The notes: generated from the sequence alone by a model not told the origin. Shown: positions 6,931 through 15,333, numbered from the stretch's first letter. The stretch: 16,291 nucleotides of DNA from Candidatus Zixiibacteriota bacterium (GCA_040235515.1 JBECKX010000061.1:1-16291); one strand, 5' to 3'. A program made the numbers and translations.

Positions 6931-8025
6931 CTACTTGCGCGCTTCCAGGATGATGTTGAACGGTGTTTCGGTTGCGCGACTTACCGAGGAGAATCCTGCG
7001 GGCTCAATCACCTCACGAAGGCGTTTCTCTCCCGCCTGAGCTCCAAGCGCCGCACCAACCTCCTGGCTCAATGAGGTAGGAGTGCACACCTGCGTCGAGA
7101 ATCCATAGTAGACTCTTCCGATCGGGTTGAAGTTGTCCTGCAGCTCATCGTGCGCCATTGGTTCGACGATCATCCAGGTGCCGCCCTCGGCCAGCGTCGC
7201 GTAGATGTGCTCTGCGGCACCCGCCGGATCACCCATATCGTGCAGACAATCGAAGCAGGTGACCAGGTCATAGCCAAGATTCGGGATATGCTTGGCGGCA
7301 GTCACCGAGAAAGTTACGTTGGTGACGCCCTCCTTCTTCGCCAGTGCGCGCGCTTCGTTGATCGAACCTTCATGGATATCGTATCCGAAGAACTGCGAGT
7401 TCGGGAAATGTTTCGCCATCAGTACGGTTGAGACTCCGTATCCGCAGCCGACATCCGCGACAGTAGCTCCATCCTCCAATTTCTTTCGCACGCCCTTCAG
7501 CGCCGGGATCCAGCTATGGACGAGGTGGTTCTCGTAGCTCGGGCGGAAAAACTTCGCTACCCCGCAAAAGAGGCAGTTATCGTGGTTGCCCCAGGCGACA
7601 CCCTCGCCCGTCTTGAATGCCTGCTCCAGTTTCGGATGATCGAGGTAGGTGGAAGCCAGCGAGTAGTAGCCGCCGGTCATCAGGAACGGGCTATTGGGGT
7701 CAACAAAGATCGCAACCTGCTCCGGCGTCATGTAGAACTTGCCGGCATTGGCGTCATACTCAATGTACCCGGATGCCGCCTGGTTTGAGAGCCACTCGCG
7801 CACATAACGCTCATTGGTGTTGGTCTTCTCGGCCAACTCGTGCGCGTTGAGCGGTCCCGCTTCCGCCAGAGCTTTGTAAAGACCCAGTTTGTCGCCAATG
7901 ATTACCAGGGGGCCGGTCACTGCCGCTCCCATTTCATTGACCATTTTCAGTGCGAAGTCATGCATTTTGGCTTCGTCGATCGGGGCCGTCACTGCGGTGG
8001 CTGCTGCTGATGATGAAGTGTTCAT
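6931..8025 (-). CDS. Class I SAM-dependent methyltransferase with N-terminal winged helix (Rv2258c-like), 364 aa
   Basis: N-terminal 'GDKLGLYKAL...ELAEKT..NERYVREWL' wHTH. Motif I 'VADVGCGYG', 'YDLVTCFDCLHDMGDP', C-terminal 'LGAQAGE...ETPFN'. AAGGA RBS. Confidence 0.9.
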   Translation of the reverse strand: MNTSSSAAATAVTAPIDEAKMHDFALKMVNEMGAAVTGPLVIIGDKLGLYKALAEAGPLNAHELAEKTNTNERYVREWLSNQAASGYIEYDANAGKFYMTPEQVAIFVDPNSPFLMTGGYYSLASTYLDHPKLEQAFKTGEGVAWGNHDNCLFCGVAKFFRPSYENHLVHSWIPALKGVRKKLEDGATVADVGCGYGVSTVLMAKHFPNSQFFGYDIHEGSINEARALAKKEGVTNVTFSVTAAKHIPNLGYDLVTCFDCLHDMGDPAGAAEHIYATLAEGGTWMIVEPMAHDELQDNFNPIGRVYYGFSTQVCTPTSLSQEVGAALGAQAGEKRLREVIEPAGFSSVSRATETPFNIILEARK

Positions 8026-8099
8026 CGTTTGTTCCTTTCTTCAGGTTGTCCTGGTTTCGTCTATTCAGGTTTCTCTTAATCAAGCTAAATTCTGTCCGT

Positions 8100-8121
8100 A
8101 TATACCGACCAGTCGGTATAT
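8100..8121. promoter_or_regulatory. Putative TetR operator upstream of the methyltransferase
   Basis: ATATACCGAC-CA-GTCGGTATAT has perfect 10-bp arms and lies ~75 nt upstream of the methyltransferase start. A near-identical copy is at 8753-8772. Confidence 0.8.
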
Positions 8122-8150
8122 TTGTTGCGCAAAAAAATGAAAATTTTGTC

Positions 8151-8741
8151 TCAGTCGATCAACGACTCAATGTAATTCCTGAATCCTCTCAATGACCGTT
8201 GCAGATAAGACCAATCATCATGAGCGCGACTCAGGATGATTGCACCTTCGATGATAGCGACGTACGCCTCAGCCAGGCGGTTGGGCTGCAAATCCTCATT
8301 GTCGGGGTTCAGTTTCCCGATCGGCTCGAACACCTCGGCGATGCCGTTTGTCACTCCGGCCAGGATCTCGGAGACACGCTTCCTGACGGCAGGATGCGAA
8401 TCGGAGAGTTCGACAGAGAAGTTACCGAGCAGGCAGCCCCGGCTCCAGAGCATCGAGGCGTTACCCTCGGTCTGCTTCAGGAACGCCACCAGGCGCTTGA
8501 GCGGGTCGCTTTCGCTACGGTAGTCACCGCCGAGAAAGTGAACTTTCGACTGGGAGAAGAAGTCGTCAAGCAGGGCCAGACCGAGATCTTCCTTGGTCGG
8601 GAAGAAATGGTAGAAGCTGCCTTTGCTAACACCCGCCTGTGAGCAGAGCTGGTCAACCGAGGTCGCCGCGTAGCCCTGAGGCAGCATCAGCTCGTAAGCC
8701 GCCTGGATTAGCTTCTCTTTCGCCGTCGTTGTCGTCGTCAT
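8151..8741 (-). CDS. TetR/AcrR-family repressor (NemR/YxaF/LmrA-like), 196 aa
   Basis: HTH 'GYAATSVDQLCSQAGVSKGSFYHFFPTKEDL' and C-domain 'RGCLLGNFSVELS'. Start reassigned to ATG 8741 because the TTG at 8777 is the -35 box and the intervening codons are the operator. Confidence 0.9.
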   Translation of the reverse strand: MTTTTTAKEKLIQAAYELMLPQGYAATSVDQLCSQAGVSKGSFYHFFPTKEDLGLALLDDFFSQSKVHFLGGDYRSESDPLKRLVAFLKQTEGNASMLWSRGCLLGNFSVELSDSHPAVRKRVSEILAGVTNGIAEVFEPIGKLNPDNEDLQPNRLAEAYVAIIEGAIILSRAHDDWSYLQRSLRGFRNYIESLID

Positions 8742-8748
8742 AGAACCC

Positions 8749-8777
8749 ATACTATACTGACTGGTCGGTTTAGTCAA
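8749..8777 (-). promoter_or_regulatory. Sigma70-type promoter of tetR with overlapping operator (8753-8772)
   Basis: Minus strand TTGACT-17 nt-TAGTAT-7 nt-ATG. TAAACCGACCAGTCAGTATA spans the spacer and matches 8101-8120 at 18/20. Confidence 0.75.
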
Positions 8778-8896
8778 GGGAAAATTTAGCTTTTTCGTGC
8801 AGAGAAATGATGCTGGACAACCATCTCATTGACAGACAAGGAGATAGGCGGTCGGATTTTTTTGAGCGCAAAGAGGGAGAGCTCAGATCGGTGGTG

Positions 8897-9448
8897 CTAC
8901 AGGCTGAACTCAGCCAGCTCCTGGTAGACCGGCCCGCTCGGTTTGAGATGTGATCGAATCAGGTAGATCGAATCGATCGAAAGCGGCGTGCTGGGGAAGT
9001 CGGCGGTGCCGAACGCTTCATTGAGAGCACCCAGTTGACGCTGGTCTTTGACTCGACCCAGGGTGAGATGCGGTGAGAAGGCCCTCCGCTCACGTTCAAA
9101 GCCGAGGTGATGCACTTCCTGATCGATGCGGGCTGCCAGCTGGGCGAGCTTCTTGTTCGGGTCGACGATTCCGACCCAATAAACGCGAGGCGCATGCAGA
9201 TTCGGAAAGGCCCCGCATCCCTTGAGGTGGGTCTCGATCTGACCAAAGTCTGCGCTCGCATCGGCGATAGCGGCTTTGAGGTCGTTTAAGATTTGCTCGT
9301 CCGTCTCCCCCAGAAATTTCAGTGTAAGGTGGGTATTGCGGGGCTCGACCCATTTGACCCGGGCTGGGGACTTCATAAAGCCATCGAGGAATTCCGCCAG
9401 CTGAGTTTCAATCTCGGGGGTGATTTTCGCTGCTATGAAGAGTCGCAT
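8897..9448 (-). CDS. thpR: RNA 2',3'-cyclic phosphodiesterase (2H family)
   Basis: 'MRLFIA' start, two HxT motifs (HLTLKFLG, PHLTLGR), 'GAFP...PRVYWVG', C-terminal 'S.L..SGPVY'. Confidence 0.93.
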   Translation of the reverse strand: MRLFIAAKITPEIETQLAEFLDGFMKSPARVKWVEPRNTHLTLKFLGETDEQILNDLKAAIADASADFGQIETHLKGCGAFPNLHAPRVYWVGIVDPNKKLAQLAARIDQEVHHLGFERERRAFSPHLTLGRVKDQRQLGALNEAFGTADFPSTPLSIDSIYLIRSHLKPSGPVYQELAEFSL

Positions 9449-9467
9449 CGGCTCTTTACCTCACATT

Positions 9468-10712
9468 CTATTTTGCCGCCAGCTTAATCCTGAGCAGGTC
9501 AAGCGCGGCCAACACGGTGCGTTCCCGGATCCGCTCGCGTGTTCCACTCAATTCCAGTTTACGGGAGGTTACCCCTGCTGAGTCGGCGTATCCGACGTAA
9601 ACCAACCCCACCGGTTTTTCCGGTGTGCCGCCACCCGGTCCGGCGATGCCGGTGGTTGAAATGGCGTAGTCTGTTCTGAACAACTCGCGAGTATTCGCCG
9701 CCAGCGCTTCGGCGACCTCTGTGCTCACCGCGCCATGTTCGATCAGGAGTTGTTCCTCCACGCGCACCATATTTTGTTTTGCTTCATTCGAGTATGGAAT
9801 CACTCCGCCCTTGAAGTACACCGAACTGCCCGGCATGTCGGTGAGGGTGGTCGCGATCAATCCGCCGGTGCAGGACTCCGCCGTTGCCAGAGTTTCTCCT
9901 CGCTTCCTGAGCAGTGTGGCGACCAACTCCGCCATGCTTTCATCACCAACCGTAAAAACATGTTCACCCAGCCGCCGTACGATTTCTTTTGTGAGTCTCT
10001 CGGCATCGTTGATTGCCAGTTCCGGCCTCTCGTTCAGAGCGGTCACACGCAGATCGACGCCTTTGTAGCTGGGCAGATACGCCAGCCGGAGGCATTTGCC
10101 GTCTGGCTCGACATCCTCGAGCAATTCGGCGATACGCGACTCAAAAATCCCGATTGTGCGAATGCGGCGAATCTCGATGTGCTGCCGATCCTCGCGCCGC
10201 CGCAGGTAGGGGATGATATGATCCACCAGCATCGCCTCCATTTCGGAGGGAACTCCCGGTACCGAAGCGAAATAGCGTTCCTTCTCCTGAAACACGATAC
10301 CCGGCGCTGTACCGACGCTGTTGGGGATCAACTCCGCACCCAGCGGTTGCAGCGCCATGCTCTGCACCAGTGACGGCATCTTCTGCTTACGCTGTTCGTA
10401 GCGCTTCTTGATATGCTCGAGTATCTCATCCTTCAACACGAGCTTGCTGTCGAATGCGGCGCAGATAGCCTGTTTGGTGATATCATCCCTCGTAGGTCCG
10501 AGCCCGCCGGTACAGATGGTGACGGCTGAGCGATCACGCGCCGTGCGGATCGCATCAACGATATCCTCATGGCGGTCGCCGACAGAGATCTTGTAGCGTA
10601 CCTCGATACCGATGGAGGCAAGTTGGCGCCCGATAAACGCAGAATTGGAGTCGGTGGTCTGCCCGGAGAGGATTTCCTCACCGATCGTTATGATCTCGGC
10701 AGTTATTGCCAT
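9468..10712 (-). CDS. cinA: Competence/damage-inducible protein CinA (MocF-like domain + PncC NMN deamidase)
   Basis: N-terminal 'EIITIGEEILSG..DSN', 'TGGLGPTRDDIT', 'GTAPG', 'PGVPSEM'. C-terminal 'AESCTGG', 'PGSS.YF.GG..YSNEAK', 'TGIAGPGGG..KPVG'. Confidence 0.95.
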   Translation of the reverse strand: MAITAEIITIGEEILSGQTTDSNSAFIGRQLASIGIEVRYKISVGDRHEDIVDAIRTARDRSAVTICTGGLGPTRDDITKQAICAAFDSKLVLKDEILEHIKKRYEQRKQKMPSLVQSMALQPLGAELIPNSVGTAPGIVFQEKERYFASVPGVPSEMEAMLVDHIIPYLRRREDRQHIEIRRIRTIGIFESRIAELLEDVEPDGKCLRLAYLPSYKGVDLRVTALNERPELAINDAERLTKEIVRRLGEHVFTVGDESMAELVATLLRKRGETLATAESCTGGLIATTLTDMPGSSVYFKGGVIPYSNEAKQNMVRVEEQLLIEHGAVSTEVAEALAANTRELFRTDYAISTTGIAGPGGGTPEKPVGLVYVGYADSAGVTSRKLELSGTRERIRERTVLAALDLLRIKLAAK

Positions 10713-10727
10713 AGCGGTTTGCTCGAG

Positions 10728-11183
10728 TTAAAGCCAGACTCTGAAGTAGATCAGCGCCTGCAGGATCAGGTTGGTGTACACTCCCACAGCGAAGTCGTCG
10801 CCCATCACACCCCAACCGCGCGGGAGGCCCTCCCACTGCCGCGCCGGCGGCGGTTTGACGATGTCGAGAATTCTGAAAATCACGAAGCCGGTCAGGTAAT
10901 ACTGCCAGTTCACCGGTACGAGGATGTAGCCTACCATGATACCCGCGACTTCATCGATCACGATCGGTTTGCCGTCATGGCCGAAGAATTCCTCAGCTTC
11001 GGTCGCCGCCCAGACGCCGATGGCCAGCATGATGATAGTCGATACCACCTGATACGGCCAGCCGAGTGGAAACAAGAACCAGGCGATCACCACGCCGGGG
11101 ATCGTCCCGAATGTTCCGGGGACAATCGGTGCCAGCCCGGTGCCAAGCCCGGTAGCTATCGTCTTGGTGAGAAACTTCTTCAT
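10728..11183 (-). CDS. pgpA: Phosphatidylglycerophosphatase A
   Basis: 'G.G..P..PGTFGT', 'D...IVIDEVAG', 'FRILDIVKP.P', 'GWGVMGDD..G'. Confidence 0.95.
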   Translation of the reverse strand: MKKFLTKTIATGLGTGLAPIVPGTFGTIPGVVIAWFLFPLGWPYQVVSTIIMLAIGVWAATEAEEFFGHDGKPIVIDEVAGIMVGYILVPVNWQYYLTGFVIFRILDIVKPPPARQWEGLPRGWGVMGDDFAVGVYTNLILQALIYFRVWL

Positions 11184-11225
11184 CTCGACAGAATCGTTGT
11201 CAAACTCCAGTAACTCTAAGGTCGA

Positions 11226-11813
11226 TCACTTCACAGAATTTCGGAAAAGGTAGAAGCTTTTTACCAGATAGTCAACAGCGGTGGCAACAGTCAGCAACAC
11301 GGTGAGGAGCATGAGCCAGAAAATAGTCTCATCCACAACCGGGGATTGCAGCCAATTTGCCGAGACGTCCGCTGCCGGAAGCAGTGTGCGCAGATTGATC
11401 ACGAGCAGGATCAGCACGATCATCGTCATCTGCATAAAGGTCTTCACCTTCGCCCACCAGGTAGGAGTAATCAGCGCTCCTTTGTACGCCGCCATCGTTC
11501 GCAGACCGGTAATCAGGAATTCGCGAATGATGATCACGAGTACCATCCACATCTGGACGTAGCCGAGCGTAACAAATGCGATGAATGCAACCGAGGTAAG
11601 GATCTTATCAGCAAGGGGGTCGAAGAACTTCCCGAAGCTGGTGGAGATGCCATACTTGCGGGCATAGTAACCATCCGCCAGATCGGTGAGCGCGGCGATC
11701 ACAAAGACGGCAGTCGCCCAGACTTTTGCCCAGACGCCATCGAGGATGAAGAGGATCATAAATACAGGTGCGAGGATGATCCGCACCATTGTCAACGAAT
11801 TGGGTAGATTCAA
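11226..11813 (-). CDS. pgsA: CDP-diacylglycerol--glycerol-3-phosphate 3-phosphatidyltransferase, ~195 aa
   Basis: 'NLPNSLTMVR', CDP-alcohol motif 'TDLADGYYAR....S.FGKFFDPLADK', 'REFLITGLR', 'KVKT..Q'. Probable TTG start at 11813 after GAGGGAGG. Confidence 0.93.
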   Translation of the reverse strand: MNLPNSLTMVRIILAPVFMILFILDGVWAKVWATAVFVIAALTDLADGYYARKYGISTSFGKFFDPLADKILTSVAFIAFVTLGYVQMWMVLVIIIREFLITGLRTMAAYKGALITPTWWAKVKTFMQMTMIVLILLVINLRTLLPAADVSANWLQSPVVDETIFWLMLLTVLLTVATAVDYLVKSFYLFRNSVK

Positions 11814-11991
11814 TTCCCTCCCTCGGCGCCCGGGTGATCTCGAACGCCCCCTGGGAATCCCGGGTGCCACCGCGCTGCGATGGGAAGGGATACCTTCAGC
11901 CGACGTTCCGTGTCGGCGCTGAATCTACCAAGATGGACAGGGTTGGTCAACCGCTAATGCACGCCATCGACGATAGAAGTAGCGTGGAAAT

Positions 11992-13425
11992 CTACTCAGT
12001 CACCGCTTTGATCCATCCTGCAATCAGCTCAAGTGCCTCGGGGGCGAAGGTCTCCTCGATTGTGGCGTACTCCGCCGGCAGGCCGATCTCCGTATGCTGG
12101 AAGAGATGATTGAGGCCATCGAGCTTCACAATCTTGTAACTGGAATTCCCCCCCAGCTTGAGAGCTGCCTCAATGGCGGGTAGATTCTGTTCCGGGATTA
12201 CCTGCAGATCGAGTGCGCCATTGAGCGCAAGCACGGGACAGTTGACCTTCTCGAGCGTCGTGGCGGGATCGTGCCTGAAGAAGAATTGCATCCAGGGCGA
12301 TAGATACTGCTCGACAGTCGCCGCGATCACGATATCGGAAAGGCCTTCCGCATCCCACTGCTCTTCCGGGACACCTTCCCGCTGCTGCTCGAGCAACTCA
12401 GTCAGCCTCTCGCGCCTTTCGCCCAAGGGCTGATCTGTATTCGTGATCGCCAGCATCTCTTTACGCAGCGCAGCCAACTTCGCCAACTCGAGAGAATCTG
12501 CACCCGAGGCTTCCATAATGCGGAGTTCCTGCAACGCCAGAACCTCACTGCCTTTCACTCCCGTACCCGCCAGCAATACAATGAATGCCACATCGTTGTC
12601 GTTCACCGCCACCATCGGCGCGATGATGCCCCCCTCGCTGTGCCCGATCAAACCGATCTTGTGCTTGTCGATCTCGGGTCGCCCCTTCAGAAAGTCGACT
12701 GCCGCTTCTGCGTCGGTGGCAAAGTCTTGCGTGGTCGCGGTAGCGAACTCCCCATCCGAATCGCCGACACCGCGGTCGTCGAAGCGCAGCACGGCTATAC
12801 CGTGGCGCGTGAGGAAATCTGAGATAACCAGGAAAGGCTTGTGCGACATGACCTCCTCATTGCGATTTTGCGGTCCGGAACCGCTGATCATCACGACCGC
12901 CGGGAAGTTGGTGCCGGTTTCGGGGAGGGTCAGGGTCCCCGCCAGAGTGATGTCAGCTGCCTGATTGTGGAATTGGACATCCTCCGATCGATAGGGGAAT
13001 GGTGGTTGCGGCTCCTGTGGTCTCCTCCGTTCAATCGCAGCCGCACCACGTGTCAGTGTAAGCGGAAAGCTCTTTCCACCTTGAGTCCAGGTACCCTCTA
13101 GGGAATCGACATTGGCGCTGATGCGTCCTTCGAATCGTGCCGCCAGCGCGAATAGCAGCAAGTGGAGTGAATCAGCGGCGACAAAGGCTGAATCGACCGG
13201 GATCCCGTTTGCGCCCTGGTCGGGGCTGTCGAGGGTTGCGGTGAGTCGATTGTCGGTGGAGTCAAGATGGACTACCAGGCGCAGTTTGAGCACCGAGATA
13301 TCAAGTTCGCCGCCCCAGGTACCCACCAGCCTGGCTTCCGGCGTGGATAACGCCAGCAGCGGGGAAGCAAATGAAACTATCAAGATTGTAATCAGAAACA
13401 ACTTCACTAACGTTCCGGAACGCAT
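11992..13425 (-). CDS. Secreted alpha/beta-hydrolase (serine peptidase/esterase-like) with an extra N-terminal beta domain, ~477 aa
   Basis: Signal peptide. 'SGSGPQNR', 'RFDDRGVG.S', nucleophile GHSEG, acid 'ALDLQV', His 'LNHLFQ'. ATG 13425 preceded by GAGG-6 nt (the track starts at GTG 13437). Confidence 0.88.
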   Translation of the reverse strand: MRSGTLVKLFLITILIVSFASPLLALSTPEARLVGTWGGELDISVLKLRLVVHLDSTDNRLTATLDSPDQGANGIPVDSAFVAADSLHLLLFALAARFEGRISANVDSLEGTWTQGGKSFPLTLTRGAAAIERRRPQEPQPPFPYRSEDVQFHNQAADITLAGTLTLPETGTNFPAVVMISGSGPQNRNEEVMSHKPFLVISDFLTRHGIAVLRFDDRGVGDSDGEFATATTQDFATDAEAAVDFLKGRPEIDKHKIGLIGHSEGGIIAPMVAVNDNDVAFIVLLAGTGVKGSEVLALQELRIMEASGADSLELAKLAALRKEMLAITNTDQPLGERRERLTELLEQQREGVPEEQWDAEGLSDIVIAATVEQYLSPWMQFFFRHDPATTLEKVNCPVLALNGALDLQVIPEQNLPAIEAALKLGGNSSYKIVKLDGLNHLFQHTEIGLPAEYATIEETFAPEALELIAGWIKAVTE

Positions 13426-13460
13426 AGTCTGCCTCACGAAGTTCGAGTAGCACTTTTTTG

Positions 13461-13495
13461 ATTATAAATGTGGTAATTTTGGCGCGCGGAGTCAA
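13461..13495 (-). promoter_or_regulatory. Possible sigma70 promoter of the hydrolase gene
   Basis: Minus strand TTGACT-17 nt-CACATT immediately followed by TATAAT. The perfect -10 sits 23 nt from the -35, so the pairing is ambiguous. Confidence 0.35.
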
Positions 13496-13554
13496 ACCCG
13501 CATTTTAGGGGTCCGAATTTTAGAGGTTACCGCGGGGGTAAAGGCAATCAGAAG

Positions 13555-14451
13555 TTAGAACTTCACGGTCAACTTCAGTGCCGGAGCACCATCCGAAATC
13601 GAGGGACTGACTCTGATCGTCTCTTCTTCGCTGGGATCGCGCACGATTGTCATGCCCACATAGCTGCCGATGATAGCGCCGGCGACGACATCGGTGAAGA
13701 AGTGTTTGTTTTCCTGAAGCCGCGACATTCCGACGTAGGTCGCGAGCACAAAGGCAGGAATGCCGAGCTTCTTGCCGAAATGGGAATAGACTACCCCGGC
13801 GGTCGTAAAGGCTGATGATGTATGACCGGATGGATAGGAGTAGAAGTCGGTGCCGTCGGGGCGTTCTCTCCTGACCAGTCCCTTCATACTTCCCGTGATC
13901 ATACCATTAATGATTTGCGCCCGGAAGAGATCGGAGCCGAAGCTGCGGATATTGTCATGCCCTCTGTAGCGTCCGAAGACATAGAGCGCGGCTGAACCGG
14001 CCATGATGAAACTCCCCTGTCCATAGCCTTCACCGAATTCGAAGAAGTCATCCGCGAACTGGGAATTGCCCCACATCTCAGTGAATTCCGGTTCCTCCGA
14101 CTGAAGCTTCGACTTAAACGCCGTCGGAGCGAGCGCCACACCTCCAACGAGCATATAGAAATCTGGTCGACCGAGGAAGAACTTGAAATCATCCAGCAGT
14201 TGCAGCGGGAGGAGCCTGCGGTCGTGCTGACCGATTTCGGTGTTCGAGAGATTCAATTGTAGTTGCCGATCGAAAGCCTGAGCGTGTGCGGGAAGATCGG
14301 TTGAACTCTGGTTGCGGAGTAGCTGCGTTTCGATTTCGGGCTCGCCGGCAATCGCCGGATCGGGATTCAGGATACTCGTGCTGATCAGGGCGATGATCGC
14401 TACGGCGACAATCGCTTGTGGGGAGATGAACCTCTTCGGCCAAGTCTGCAT
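13555..14451 (-). CDS. PAP2-family phosphatase, 298 aa
   Basis: All three PAP2 motifs: KGLVRRERP, PSGH, SRLQENKHFFTD. N-terminal signal-like segment; GAGGA RBS. Confidence 0.9.
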   Translation of the reverse strand: MQTWPKRFISPQAIVAVAIIALISTSILNPDPAIAGEPEIETQLLRNQSSTDLPAHAQAFDRQLQLNLSNTEIGQHDRRLLPLQLLDDFKFFLGRPDFYMLVGGVALAPTAFKSKLQSEEPEFTEMWGNSQFADDFFEFGEGYGQGSFIMAGSAALYVFGRYRGHDNIRSFGSDLFRAQIINGMITGSMKGLVRRERPDGTDFYSYPSGHTSSAFTTAGVVYSHFGKKLGIPAFVLATYVGMSRLQENKHFFTDVVAGAIIGSYVGMTIVRDPSEEETIRVSPSISDGAPALKLTVKF

Positions 14452-14715
14452 AACGGTAATTCCTCTGGCTCGCGCCGCCCCTGCTCTTTGCGTTAGAGCA
14501 AGAGTCGTGCGAGAATCTCGGTTGAGGTGTTAATTCTGTCGATAGCAGTATCAGCCGCTAAGGGGGGTTCCTTTCGGGAGCGGGTGACCGGGCGTTAACT
14601 CCGGCCCGTCAGCAATTGGATTTAAGGGATCAATGTAATCCAAAATGTTCTACGCACAATATCGGTATTCGCGCCGTGAAAATTATCAGAATTTCAGTGA
14701 GTCTTTCTTCAGGTC

Positions 14716-15333
14716 TTAGAACAGCCCGTTCTGGGCGCCGATAAGCAGGAACATCATCAAGCCGCCGAGGACCGAATATCGGATCAGTTCGCGTGCTTCC
14801 GGTGTGCGGTCGATAACCCGTTTGCAGGTCAACGAATCGATCCACGCCAGTTGAATATTTCCGGTCTTGAAGCCGACTTCGTTGCGATAGGGCACCATGA
14901 ATTCCATCTGGTAGCGGTTAAAGGAGTAGGCCATCGGCTCGATGATATATGTGCTGTCATCACTTAGAAAGATTTCCGTGATGCGGCCCTCCTCTGAGCC
15001 ACTCAGGTGATAAATCGGGTGAGCCGCACCGACATACTCCGATGGATGATACATCGAGTCGATATCGCTCCTGGGGTAGGATTCGAGATAGACCACCGAG
15101 TCTGCGCCCTCCGGAACACCCTCCGACAGCCAGTGAGTCAGATCGACCCGGTAAGGGTGAGAATCCGCCCCCGGGTTGAGCAGACTGGTGTCAGGAATCA
15201 GGTTTCGTTCGATTTCTCCTCGGAAAAGCGGATTGCGGTAAACCACTTCCTGGGACGCAGTGCACCCGAGCACCAGCAGCACAGCAGCTACCAGCAGCAG
15301 TGTTAGGCATGATCTGACCAGTTGGTTTGACAT
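14716..15333 (-). CDS. Hypothetical lipoprotein with C-terminal hydrophobic helix, 205 aa
   Basis: Lipobox-like LVLG-C after a hydrophobic stretch, C-terminal 'YSVLGGLMMFLLIGA', AGGA RBS. No family recognised. Confidence 0.7.
   Translation of the reverse strand: MSNQLVRSCLTLLLVAAVLLVLGCTASQEVVYRNPLFRGEIERNLIPDTSLLNPGADSHPYRVDLTHWLSEGVPEGADSVVYLESYPRSDIDSMYHPSEYVGAAHPIYHLSGSEEGRITEIFLSDDSTYIIEPMAYSFNRYQMEFMVPYRNEVGFKTGNIQLAWIDSLTCKRVIDRTPEARELIRYSVLGGLMMFLLIGAQNGLF

Noticed and set aside
9721..12964. Long plus-strand ORFs (9735-10373, 10569-11213, 11346-11807, 12443-12964) and similar shadow ORFs elsewhere
   Set aside because: They are antisense to well-supported genes, as expected in GC-rich coding DNA, and have no domain-like features.
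14485..14590. c-di-GMP-I riboswitch (CCGAAAGG and ACGCAAAG on the minus strand)
   Set aside because: The two motifs are ~75 nt apart instead of adjacent, and the GGCAAAC element is absent.
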